Source of the DNA: Octopus vulgaris
Taxonomy: Eukaryota
Direction of reading: 5' to 3'
Assembly: GCA_951406725.2 (NCBI GenBank)
Contig: OX597815.1
Coordinates: forward strand, 205,654,001-205,718,000
DNA length: 64,000 bases
The notes beneath the pieces are model-generated. The model ran no database searches, had not been told where the DNA came from, and was given only the letters and a program-made list of their open reading frames with translations. Position numbers and translations under genes: made by a program. Numbering within the stretch: the first letter of the stretch is position 1; each line of letters begins with the position of its first letter. Below, piece by piece: positions 24,534 through 37,512 of the stretch.

Positions 24534-24864
24534 TTAAAATGTCAGTTCTTATTGTGGTTAAAGATTAGTCTTCTGTCTCAGAAAAAATGAAATCCTGATA
24601 AAAAACTGAATATGTCAGAAAAATATCAGGTGCCTGGCTGTTGGCATGGGCGATTAATATGAATTAGATTATTAAGATAAAATGCATCAAAGCCTAAACA
24701 AAGCAAACTCTTTTCTTGGATTGTTGAAGTGCCTGTTGGCTTTAAATGAGAAATTCATTGTTGATGTCACCCACATATCAATATCAAAATAACTGGCCTA
24801 ATTATCACAGGCCAGACGTAACATATTGATTTGTTCCTTGTTCAATATATCAAACCTTACATAC

Positions 24865-25246
24865 TCTTTTACTTGTTTCAGTCGGTTGACTGCGGCCATG
24901 CTGGAGCACCGCCTTTAGTCGAGCAACTCAACCCCGGGACTTATTCTTTGTAAGCCCAGTACTTATTCTATCGGTCTCTTTTGCAGAACCGCTAAGTGAT
25001 GGGGACATAAACACACCAGCATCGGTTGTCAAGCAATGCTAGGGGGACAAACATACACGCACACACACACATATATATATATACATATATACGACGGGCT
25101 TCTTTCAGTTTCCGTCTACCAAATCCACTCACAAGGCTTTGGTCGGCCCGAGGCTATAGCAGAAGGCACTTGCCCAAGGTGTCACGCAGTGGGACTGAAC
25201 CTGGAACCATGTGGTTGGTAAGCAAGCTACTTACCACACAGCCACT
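24865..25246 (-). mobile_element. tRNA-derived SINE (family A)
   Basis: Full family A body. Confidence 0.85.
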
Positions 25247-26533
25247 ATGATAAAGTGTGATGAAAATGACTGGATGAGAAGGATGCTGGATGAGCAAAAT
25301 AAACAGAAGCACAATATTAAAACCACAGCAAACTGCACAGACTACAGCGATGCATTTTGAGTCAAGAAAAAGAAGGCCAGCACTAAATATTTTAATTGGA
25401 CTGTTGAATAACAGCATTTCCCTTAAAAGATATCAACTATCTACAATTATAGACCCAGAAACAGCAATTCGTGCTTAGTTTAAATTCCTAATTTACGAAA
25501 AAATTGGAAGTTTATCAAAGTATAACTAAAGTGTAATAGTTGCAATGAATAACTTAAATCATTAATGAAAAGTATAATAGTGGTAATCAATAATGATACT
25601 TACAATTGGCAAAAGATAGAGAAAGAATTTCATCAGTAACATTATCGACCTGATGATAGATTTTCTGAAATCAAGCTGAATTATTGATTTCTGAAAAATT
25701 TCTAAACTTAATTTGTAACATAACAAATATTTTGTTCATTTTAATGCCTAATCAGGTTTTGAAATTAGCATATGTTTTGTTTAAGAGAAGACATTGTAAA
25801 GAATAAATTAAAGAAAATATTTCTATTTTTAAAGTATCAATAGACCATTATTTCTTGGTCACATTTAAAAAACTTAGATTTTTCAGTGTGTTAAAATTTC
25901 CATCTTCAAATTTCAACCAAAGCCCTAATATGAAAAATAGAAGCATAGTTCTAAACTCTAAACTATAACTAAAATTATTTCTTTATTTAAAATAAAGAAA
26001 ATTTAACCAGTTATATTCAAGTATTTTCAATTTGCATTAAGTAACTGAAAATTAATTAAACCAGAGAACTGGTAATCATGGAATTTATGCAAGAAGAAAA
26101 ATTTAATACCCTTTTATATTAATCTACTGCCTTCACTAAATGGCAATTTGGAAATTAACGTTAAAAGGATCCTTTAACTTCATTTTGTAAAGGCTTCTTA
26201 TATATGCAATGTTACAACTGTTTCCTGTACTGAAAGACTAAACCAATCCCAGACTTTTAAATGGTCAACAAGATTTTATGTTTTCTGTCAAAGCCCTTGC
26301 AGTAATCCTATTAGGATCGAGACACACACTTGCATATAGGAATGACAAAACACTACCTGCTAAATGTCCAACCACCACAGTTCACTTCCTGACACTGGAA
26401 TAAACAATGTCAACATTAATTAGGTGACATTAATTGAATACTAATAAATTCAATCAATGTATATCTGAAGAGAGCTAGAACAACTATTAAGGAAAAAAAA
26501 AAAAAAAAGGGCTAAATTATATAATATACATAC

Positions 26534-26618
26534 TTTGAGGACATCTTTTTCAGGAGCAAGAGGAAACTTTTTCCATAAAGCAGCTTTCAGGACTTTGGCC
26601 ATGTAACGCATTCCATAC
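26534..26618 (-). CDS. IQGAP1: IQGAP exon, GRD
   Basis: 85 nt, YGMRYMAKVLKAALWKKFPLAPEKDVLK; TAG/GTATGT. Confidence 0.95.
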
Positions 26619-27420
26619 CTAACAGTGAGAACAATCATCAAACAATTGAAATATTTGCAGCAAGCTTTTTTTTTTAATAGAAACATTCAAATATTAAAAT
26701 TTCGACTGAAATATCTAAACTTTAGTCACTTATTTTCATGTTCAGTTTGCTGAGATGCTGCATGAATGAAACAGGAAAACATGAATGCAAAGCCAGTTTT
26801 AAATACAAAAGAAACCTTTAAAAATGCTGTGGTGGTGTCTTTCTAAAAGTCTGAATCAATTCAAACTGAGAATTGAAACTGCTTATGAACCTGGTTCAGA
26901 ATACTTACTACAACAATAAAAGATTTTAATTTGCATACAGGGAATACAACAAAAATGGCTTGGGTGATATGTTTTAATATGACCAGACTAAATAACTAAG
27001 TGAATATTGTTAAGAAAATATGTTTTTGTGTGTGTAATTTCAAGATTTCTAGCCTCTAGTTAGCCCCACTTAAGCAATAGATAGCCTATAGATAAATATC
27101 TGAATGTCTAGCTGTGGCCCACAGATCCAACACTTTGAATTTACCTGTCTTAATTAGGTCCAACTGCACACACCAGCATTGTTACAAATAATTGTGTTTA
27201 TATGTGCAATATAGATGGCTTCTTAGTATGTTGCAGTTCCTTTCTTGTCCAGCCCATTCTTGTGTATTTGTGAATCCTATGAGTAACCACATGGCACACG
27301 TGTGTGCTCCCCCAAAGAATGGCATTTATTTCTATTCAGCACAAGCTTTCATTTGGTTTGCCTTGCAGCATAGAAGTATTAATATTTGGTAATAACGAAG
27401 CAGCTGAGGCAGTAGAAACT

Positions 27421-27757
27421 CCACCTGTCTAACACCCGTGGACATATTTACAAACTCAGAAAACAGCACAGCTCCCATGACTTTAGGAAACATTTTTTCA
27501 CGTTGAGAGTTGCTGAAGCATGGAACAAACTGCCGGCATCAGTTGTTAGTTGTCGGAGCACCTGCATCCTTCAAAACTTCCATGCTTCCTGAGATTCGCC
27601 AACACTACACCTGATTTTCTCCCCCTCCATACACACACAAGCATGTATCCGACTCATACATTGTTCACTTTCCAGACATTTCTACATTACTGTATATACT
27701 CTATACGCACTTTGTGACAAGTTGTGGTGCACCTGAGCACTGTATACAATAATTTCA
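27421..27757 (+). mobile_element. CR1-clade LINE 3' end
   Basis: SNTRGHIYKLRKQHSSHDFRKHFFTLRVAEAWNKLPASVV is the typical CR1 ORF2 C-terminal pattern (TRGH..KL...FF..RV...WN.LP). Confidence 0.8.
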
Positions 27758-27961
27758 CTATATATATATACACATTAAGTGGATGCTTTATTTTTATTTT
27801 CAGTGTTGAATTGATTTGCAAAGTGATTTGATCAGAGATTTGTATTGAAATGAAGTAATTGCATGGTGGTAGAATTTTTGCTTTGCTTTCATGTTTATAT
27901 ATTAAATATTGAAGTTTCACATTAGCCCTAAAATACTTTTCTGTAATAAAACAAATTACTT

Positions 27962-28530
27962 TGTAGTGATCCTATACAACGGCGCGCGCTCGCGCACCGT
28001 CCATTTGTATTTCGCGTGTGCGGGGTTGGTGCTTTCACCACCGGAAGAGGAACCCTTTTGCCTACGTAGCAGTTAGCCGAGGCAAGGGGGTCGTAAGACG
28101 TTGACCACCAGCGTCCAGCAAGCAGCGACTTGAGACAGCAGCGACTGAAGGCGACGGTCACGTATATTTTTTCTCTGTCCGAACTTGATTCTAGCAGCAC
28201 CTTACCAAAAGGCCTTTAACCAAATTGTTGCAGACCACATCTTCTCCCTGTTCCGGACGCCATCTTTGACCAGTGTCGTTTTGCATTTGAACACTTTCTT
28301 ATTTTACAGCGATAAGGTTCAGCACTGACACATTTATACCAAAGGGATACCAGATAACCACTTATTGTTACTGTTACCATATTAGAGAATAAAGTAGTAT
28401 ATATATCTTTTACGTCTGCGTCTTGTTTGTTTCTGACGGGTAGAATTCTGGATTATTAAAGCAACGAATAGTGATTGCCTCTCGCACCCCCAAAAGGTCC
28501 AGAGAAGATATTCACACTAAGTTTGTTACA
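27962..28530 (+). mobile_element. Solo LTR (Gypsy-like), young
   Basis: TGTA...TACA termini, 4-bp TSD ACTT (27958-27961 and 28531-28534), AATAAA at 28388-28393, CpG-rich against an AT-rich background. Confidence 0.85.
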
Positions 28531-28865
28531 ACTTCATAAAAGTTTTATTTATGCAATACAGAATATTTTAATGGTTATGGGAATAACTAAGGCAACAGAA
28601 CCTTCTAGTATTTAATTTTGGTTCCAATTGTTTCCAAGCTGATAATTTTTCTGTATGTCAAACTTGCATAAACTACAATGTCTAAACTGTAATATTTTGG
28701 GGGTAACATCTATTGACCCTTCCCACTTTCACAAAACTTGTGCATTGTTAAAACAATCATAGAATAATTTTTAAATTCTAAGCATTGCAAGAAAAAAGTT
28801 TTTTTTTTCTTTCTTTATTTTCATTGGTAAAGAATCTTGAATACTCAAGAAAATTGGTAACTTAC

Positions 28866-29006
28866 GGAATTTTGTCCAAAGATTGGGTGATTGTTATCAA
28901 GAACTTGTCTGTGGCTTTTTGTAACTTTACTATTGATTCTTGAATAAGACTTTTCACTTCTGAATGTTTCATAGCTTGCTCAGAAGTTACATTATAAGCC
29001 AAACCA
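28866..29006 (-). CDS. IQGAP1: IQGAP exon, GRD
   Basis: 141 nt, GLAYNVTSEQAMKHSEVK...TDKFLITITQSLDKI; CAG/GTAAGT. Confidence 0.95.
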
Positions 29007-30470
29007 CTGAAAAACAACCATGAAACTCATTAAAACATGTCTAGAGAGAAATAATCAAACAAACAGTTTAAAATATGACACTGACAAAAAAAAAAAAAAA
29101 AGCCAAGTATGTAATAAATATTTAAGAAAATATATAATAAGGATCTCTGAGAAATAAGAATGTCTATAAAATGTGATTTAGAATAACTACACTTTTTCAT
29201 AATTTCAATGGATACAAGTAAACTTCTGATGGCTCACTTTTCACATGCGTTTGGGTTCAGTCCCACAACATGGCACCATGGATAAGTATCTTCTATGATA
29301 GCACCAGGCCAACCAAGTCCTTGTGAAGGGACTTGATAGATGGAAACATCTTGAGAGAGAGAGAGAGAGAGAGAGTGTGTGTGTGTGTGTTGTCTTGACA
29401 TCAAATGACAGCTGTAAATGAGTGTCACCATCATACAAGCGGTGATGTTCATTTCTAATCTCCTGTGACATGTCAAACAATGAGGAAATATTATTTTGCT
29501 TGTAAACATGTGAATGCTGGTGATACGAAGAGGATCCTGCCATAGAAAATCTGCCTCAACAACTTCCATCTAATTCATGCAAGCATGGAAGAGTGGACAT
29601 TAAAATGATGATGAAGACTTAATTATCTTTCACTTTAAACTTTTTTTGTTAGAATATCAAAAGAAAGTTCTTTAAAATGGCATTATCTGTGGAGATGTTT
29701 GGTGGGATTGTTTCTGCTGTATAAAAACCAAAGGCTAAACTGAAACTTTAAACTGAAGCAATAAACAATTTCAGTTGGACTTGCAGTCATCATTTTAGGT
29801 CTTATTTTTATCTATGCTGGCATGGGTTGGGTAGGTCTTGATATTCAGCATGTCCAACCCAGGCCAGCATGGAAAGCAGATGTTAAATGATGATGATCCA
29901 TATCAGCTGACACAAACAACAACAATGGCAACAGGCCAACTCTGTTGTTGTGTAAGTCTGACAGTTTGAAGAGGAAGCATTTTATTACACTATCGGCACT
30001 CAAGAGGTTGTCTCAAGTGGGAGGACTGAAGAGTCTCTTGTAGCCTGCATCAGTTTAGTTTTCAGAGTTATTGCTCTCCTAGACAGATAACTTATAATGG
30101 TGGATTGCAGAGACTTTATCTCATGCATATATTTTACTCCATGCCATCATGGTTTGGGTGGGTTTCAGTAGGTTGCATCCACTATGGTCCATTTTGCCAG
30201 TAATGTCCACTACAATGGCTTTATTACATTACTGCATATTATTTTTTCCATTTCATCCTGTACAATAATATATCAGTCAATATAAATGAACTACTTCACT
30301 GTTACATTGTCTAGAGATATGTCTAGAAACTACTGAAAAGTTAAAAAAAAAAATCAAAGGAAATACAAAATATGTATTAAAATTTTACTAAAAATTACTG
30401 AAGTATTATATTATTTTGAGAAACAATGGCTATGGAAAAAAATGACTAAAAGCAAAAATGTTCTCAATAC

Positions 30471-30620
30471 CTGGCCTGTCCAGTTTGGGATTCTGTCTGG
30501 TTTATCCAACTCTTGTATACTTCTACAGGATTTGTGTTTATTAAAAATTCTTTATCATCCAGAACCTCTTTGATCAATGGATGTAAAAGTTCACGTAAAG
30601 CACTTTGTCCCCTTGGATTT
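30471..30620 (-). CDS. IQGAP1: IQGAP exon, GRD
   Basis: 150 nt, NPRGQSALRELLHPLIKEVLDDKEFLINTNPVEVYKSWINQTESQTGQA; CAG/GTATTG. Confidence 0.96.
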
Positions 30621-31757
30621 CTGTAGTTTAAAATGAATTTTATTAATTATTCATACTTTATTTTGTTTTTATGTCTATAATCACATAACTAATTGACTAA
30701 TGATATATGTAACTGTTTGATTAACAAAATTAGTATTAGCATTTAAAAAACCAAAAGTCTAGTGCAAGAAACAGACTATATCTACATATATGAATTCAAT
30801 CTAATCTGTACAAAATAGATGTGATTTCTAATCATAGATAAATATATAATACTTTAGCCCCACATAAGCAAGCCACATTATTTGACTAGTTGAAAAAAAA
30901 CCTATTCAGATTTATATTATCATACTTTGCTTTGACAATATGACTATGGGGAGATGTAAGCTTTTGAAAATATAGATACAGTTTTCTTAAAACTTTACCT
31001 TCCAAAAGTTATATCTAGTGAAAGATCTATCATGCTTTGTTATTTAACACTTGTTGTAAAAAGCACCCACTACACTCACGGAGTGGTTGGCGTTAGGAAG
31101 GGCATCCAGCCGTAGAAACATTGCCAGATCAGACTGGGCCTGGTGCAGCCTTCTGGCTTCCCAGACCCCAGCTGAACCATCCAACCCATGCTAGCATGGA
31201 AAGTGGACGCTAAACGAAGATGATGATGAGATGAAGATCATAATGGCTTTATTTTGTATGCACACAGTAAGAAGGCAGGAAAACACATTTGGTAGATGAT
31301 ACATTTATAATGTTAGGACAACTACAGCAACAATTTCTTGATAGTTGTTTTTTTTTTCCTGATCTTTTATTCTTCAAATTATTGCAAAATATACAAAAGG
31401 AGCAGAGACATTAAGAATATCTCTTGCATTAAAACTGCATGAATTTTATGTGTCACTAAAATTTCGAAATATCAAAATGTCATTTATGAGACAAGATATG
31501 ATGCGACTCCTTATCCTTAGAGTCACTGAAACAGTTTAGGCAGAGCATGACTTTTATTATTTTCTAAGTAAATTAATGCCCCTTTGGAAAGTAGTATTAA
31601 TGGTGCATATAAAACTGGAGATATGTCTTTTTTTTGTTTTTCTATTCTAGAAATTTATGAAAAGCAATTGGTAAATTTTGATCAAAGGTTCTAACAATTA
31701 ATACACAAATCACAACTAATTAAGTGCATTAAATTGAGAAATTAATCAGTCAATTAC

Positions 31758-31832
31758 CTGTTGAAGCCAACAATCATCTTAATAATCATAGGATTCCCTG
31801 TTACAATGTCTGACATCTTGTCAACTTTAGAG
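31758..31832 (-). CDS. IQGAP1: IQGAP exon, GRD (Thr in place of the arginine finger)
   Basis: 75 nt, SKVDKMSDIVTGNPMIIKMIVGFN; the IVTGNP motif matches the catalytically dead IQGAP GRD. Confidence 0.95.
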
Positions 31833-32502
31833 CTAAAAAAAAAAAAAAATCAAAAATATATTTTACAAAGTAATAACTGATTGATTATTAGTTGGTTTTC
31901 TAACATAGTGACTTCACCTTTTACGAAAAAAAAAAAAAAAATTTTAAAACAAAATTATTAGTGTATAACAAGTGAGTGAAAATACTGAGAATGTCAAGTT
32001 ATGTCAAATTTGAAAAAAAAGACCCACTTTAATTTTAAAAAAAAGTTAAAACAGAAATTAAAAAAATATTATCAAACGAGAAAATTACAAAAATAAAACT
32101 ACCAGTTGTACTCTCTGCTAAAAGGTTCATTTTACATAAGTAGAAACAGAAAGTCATAAATACTTTATTTCATGGATTTTAATATGCAACACCATTTTCT
32201 ATCAATAATTAACCAAAAGTTTATTAATGATTACTGATAATGACATTAGCTATCATTTTGGTGTTAATTAGCATTTCCTAGGTCTTTTAAGTTAGATTGT
32301 AGTTTAGGAAAAGATGCATAAGCTACATCAGGGCATAGACACACACAAACACACACTTATATTTACAAATAACTCTTAAACAACAGTCAAATTCACATGC
32401 ATAATATAGCATTCAGAGTCAACATACAATAATTATTTTCTCTTGTTTAACATACAAATTAATATTCTAATTAAAGTTAAGAATTAGCTTTATATATATA
32501 TA

Positions 32503-32862
32503 CTAGCAGTTAAATTTGTCTAAAGGTTTGTAAGAAATAACTATAAAGCTGTTGTCCTGTTATTACCATTCTGGAAAAAAAATGATGGTAAATTTTTTGA
32601 GAGTTAAAAAGGTCGAGTTGCGTCCCTTAGACAGTCTGTGGTTTGTGTTTCTGATTCTCGACCCCATGTCGAATTTATCGATTTTTTTCAGAACTGGGGG
32701 AACTTTTCAAAATTTTCGCTGCGTTAGTTTTGAATTATGACATTGGGCTATGTGTGTATCAAGTTTCATCAGAATCGGTTGAAAGCCGTGGTCAGGGTGA
32801 GGGTACGAGAAAACAGACACACAGAAAACGCACAGACAAACTGCCGTTTATATAGAGAGAGA
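32503..32862 (-). mobile_element. Non-autonomous Helitron, same family as 42222-42604, mosaic 3' end
   Basis: Near-identical reverse complement of the 42222 copy over 32575-32862; CTAG at 32503-32506. Confidence 0.82.
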
Positions 32863-33201
32863 TATAAGTTAAATTTGTCTAAAGTCGTAAGACACCTGCT
32901 GTTGTCCTGTTATTACCATTCTTGTTTTTATTTTTGTTTTTGTTTTTTGTATTTATATTCGTGTGGCATCGTCCGTTTTTCTGTCCTTGTTTCGTTTACA
33001 TTCGATCCTTTTTCCAAGAAATCTAATGCTCGCAGCTTAGTTTTTCATTGGGGCTGGCCGCATCGGAGCAATATCAGGATTAATCAGCCAAAATTTGCTA
33101 TGATGATCCGGTTCCTGACTGAAGATTAAAGGCTTCGAATGACCCGTCCGTTTTTTGTGTTTTTCACGTTCTTGTCCCTTTTTATATATAATTTTTATAC
33201 C

Positions 33202-33232
<31 letters not shown>

Positions 33233-36200
33233 GCGCAATGGCTCAGTGGTTAGGGCAGCGGCCTCGCGGTTATAGGAACGTGGTTTCGATTCCCAGACTG
33301 GACGTTGTGTTTATTGAGCGAAAACATCTAAAGCTCCTCGAGGCTCTGGCAGGGGGTGGTGGCAATCCCTGCTGTACTCTTTCGCCACAACTTTCTCTCG
33401 CTATTTCTTCTGTTAGCCTGCTCGCTTAGCCACATAGCATTTTTAAATATTAATTTTTTTAACCCCGAAATATTTAAGCCAGAGCAGATTATCTGATTCC
33501 AGGTATTAATATCCCCTGCCAAACTTTTCTGGTCTTAACTTTCTTAAATTCATTATTTACTTCTGCTGTTTCCATCAACATAGTTGCTTCTGTAACAAAT
33601 GGCATTAAATCCTCTTAAATAAGCACCCATGTTAAACTCCAACTTATACATAATGAACAATAGGTCATACAGATTTTTTCTTCTCCAAATGCTGTAGTCC
33701 TTTTATGTCATTGCTTAACAGAATTACATTTTATATTTAGAGAAATGCAAAATATTTTTGGCCAGCAAAATGAAATTGGACTTGTTTGAGAAATCTAGTA
33801 CAATTATGCTGAGTACTTTACATTTTTTGTTTATTATTTTCATTCCATGGAAATATTTCTATAGAAAAAGTTAACTTATCATCCATGTACATACACACAA
33901 TTTTATATGGAATATGGAAAATATTTTTAAAAATTAAATATAACTAATGCACAATTTTAGTTTGAGATTTTAAATGATATTGTCGCCCAGGATTAACAAA
34001 TTAAGAGAAAAACACAAGACAAAGCAAAATGCACCAATTCCATTAGTTTTAGGATTCACCATAAACTGTTTAGATTAAGGTTATTGATCACTGACATATG
34101 CAGTGACCAGTTGGACAGGTATTTTAATGAACGATATATAGGTAAGATCATACAATATAGTAATAATGAAGTTACGTTAGACAACATATTAGTTCCTTAA
34201 CAATTTGTAATTATAATATTCATAGCAAAAAATAGTGAGCTTTTAGAAGACAATATTGAACTAAAATATAATTTAAAGTATTAAAAGTCTCTCGTTACTG
34301 ATAGAAGTTGGATTAGTTTGAGAGTTTTTCTGTAGCAAATTTGATGGCATTTACAGTTATTAATGACTTCTCAAGTTATAGGAAAATGGAATATTTCACA
34401 AATAAACACAATGATTATGAACTTAATCAGTTGATTCTTTAAGGTGTATTTCGACAAAGTTTTAGTTAACAAAGTCAAGAAATTATTTTTAAAACAATAT
34501 TCATCAAATTACATGGTAAGTTTCTTGTTGTTTTCTTAATCACTTTATTACATTCAATTATTAGAAAAGTAACAAAACATATCAGTTAGCATGGATTCTT
34601 TTAGTTTATTCAAGGGTGTCAAGATACCAAACATTACACAATATTTGGAATAAAATAAAATGTTTCAAAGGCAGGAGGCGGAGGATGTGAGCAGAAAAAT
34701 ATTAAGGGTGTTGGAAGGGATAACCAAAAGACTGGATTAAAGAAAAAACAAATCATGATGTATTTTACTATACATCAGTAAAATGTGTATGCTGTATGGG
34801 GAAACTGATTTAGAAAAGAGATTTACTACATATTACAACAATCAACACTTGCAAAAATCAACCAACATAATATTTTCTACTTTAGGTACAAGGCCTGAAA
34901 TTTTTGGGAAAGGAGTTAGTTGACTACATCTGATTTCATTGACCTTGGAAGGATGAAAAGTAAAACTAAACCATGGCAAAATTTGAACTCTGAATATAAA
35001 GAGCTGGAAGAAATGTTGCTAATGGTTCTGCCAACTTGCTGGCTGCATAAATGAAAATAATACCATCTCCTCATGACAAAAATGTATGCTAGATTAAGAG
35101 TAATTAGGTTATTGTTGACAAAATGGTCTAAATCTACTCAAAACACCAAAATGTGTCTCTTGGTTTTAAATTTCAGCTTGAAACCCAATTGTTATTCTAT
35201 TCCCTACTATATTTTCCAGTTACCAATTGAAGCATTATTTCTGTGGTCACACTATACCAAACAAGAAATTATAAATTGACAACAATTACTTGGAAAATAC
35301 ACAGCATGCTGGATATTGAGTTTTTGTTTTTTTGGAGGAGGATTACATCAAGCCAGTTTTTATCTTTGACAAACAGGGTCATATCAGCTCACAATGTACT
35401 GCATCAATGACTAAACCTTTCAAAACTGGGGCTTTAATTCTCACACATTTTGCTAAGATCCATTCACAATACATAACTAATCTTATTCCCATAAAAAAAA
35501 TATATCCTAACATTCAAATTACAATTCCATGAATCTGTCTTCAAACAATCTTAGATAAACAAGCCAGATCCCAAACAAAATCTTGTGTGAATGAGCAAAG
35601 GAAACCTCATTTGCTTACCAGCTGATGCTATTAAGTTAGACTAGGTCTAAGTCATTACTGGACAAACCCACACTTAATAGAAAAAGAAATACTGCATAGC
35701 CTTTGACAACATAAAAAAGTAGTTTACTCTTGATTATTATAAGGTTATGAGATAATATGGGTTGATTTATAGAATGTAGAAAATGTTCAATTCTACTGGT
35801 GTATAGTGAACATTTAGAGTATGTGATGCAAACTTAAGAAGACTACATATAAAAACTGACAAAAGCACACTCAGAATAAGCAAAAATCAGTGTTTAAGGA
35901 CACTAATATTGATATACTTTGATTAGCACTCATTGCTTAAAAGGAAAACAAATGAAACTGCATATGAAATACAAATCAACAAAATATGTAAAACAAAAAA
36001 CAACACACACTTAAAATGAAAATTTTTGTAAGTTTGATTAAAATACTATTCAATATATTTTTCCAATGTACACTGCATGGCCAATAAATTATGCCCCACC
36101 TTCACAACCACCAATTAAGTGGTTAGTAGTATAATTTTCTCAGAGTTAAAATTTGAAGTAAAATTTTTGGAAATATTGTTTCATTTTGGGATGTGCCCTG

Positions 36201-37506
36201 GTAATTTTTATAAATCTAATGATAAAATAAAATGTTTCATAGCTAGATGTTTTTCCTAATAAATACCAAAAGTCTGAAACTGAATTTGGTCTAAGCAAGT
36301 TGGGAAAATATACCTAGTCTAAAACCTCAAAGCATTCCTGATAACAGAGCTTGATTTAACAGATCAATTATTCAGCACCTTAACTATTTAAATATTGTAC
36401 TCAGCAAAGAATAATTGTATTTTTATTTATTCTTTAAGGCTTTTGTATCGACCATTGAAACCATCAATATTTTATAATTATCATGGTGAAAAGAAAAATA
36501 CATACAAATATCAAACTTATAGTTATTTCAAGTTCAGACAAAAAGTACTGATGTTAAAGTAAATTATAATTATATAATAGTGAATACTTACATTTAAATT
36601 AAAATGTACTGAGGGATTATTGTATTAACATAGCTTTGTGCATGTGCCTGTGTGTGCACAGTCATTATGAGTGTAAGCATACTATTTGATCCATAAAATA
36701 AGTACTCAATATCTAACACTAAACATGTTTTGAGGATGAAATTATAAAAGTTTGAAGTCATCTATCTGTAAAATAATAGCTCTATGAACTTACATTGCCT
36801 TATTCTTTTACTAAGTTATTGAACTGTAACCATAGTGGGCACAGCATCAAAATTTTTAGTCAAATACATTGATTTCAGAATTCTGGCACATATTTTATGT
36901 ACATTTGAAGGAGAAAGTGGCAAAGCTCGCCTGAGCATAAAGGGGTGTGACCAGAACATCAGATAGCTATAACCATATGCAAGTTGTTTTTGTGTGATGA
37001 CTTAGCTGTTGCACCAGCCCTACAATTCAACACACATACATAGTGTGTGTCTATATTTATTTTACTGAAGGCTTTGGTAAAAGACACTAAGTCAAGATGT
37101 CACACATTGGGATTCAATCAAATGCTATGTCAATGAAGTGAGCTTCTTAACCACATTACACTGTCTCTATATATTTAAGAGAAAAATACCCCAGTACTCT
37201 TGAACGCAATACTTTGAATTTCAAGGTTAATCCTCAAGAGATATTGCATGGAATAATAGTTAGTTTGTGTGTATGTGTGTGTGTAAGGAGTGAATAAAAT
37301 TTAGGTAGGTGTGCACCAATGGTAGCTCTGGAATTGTGTTGGTAAACATGCTTTGGATATAACAAAGAAATATTAATTATTAAGTGGACATTTTACTAAT
37401 ATGGGATTTCTAAGACAAAAACTGGTTTAATCATGCAAAATGGTTGGGGTTTTACATAGTGACAATGTTGGCAAGGATCGTGCGGAAGATGAAAGAGTTT
37501 ACTTAC

Positions 37507-37512
37507 ATTCTC
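37507..37512 (-). CDS. IQGAP1: Candidate 6-nt alternative microexon of IQGAP (GAGAAT)
   Basis: Minus strand: ttctgccccatttttcattcatag|GAGAAT|gtaagt; frame-preserving, changes EEEITSKV to EEEITRISKV. Confidence 0.5.

Noticed and set aside
33119-33150. CTGAAGA...CGAA hammerhead-like core in a repeat fragment
   Set aside because: No GAAA and no convincing stem II or III.
35619-35627. 3-nt or 9-nt microexon before GTAAGC
   Set aside because: No polypyrimidine tract upstream, so much weaker than the candidate at 37507-37512.
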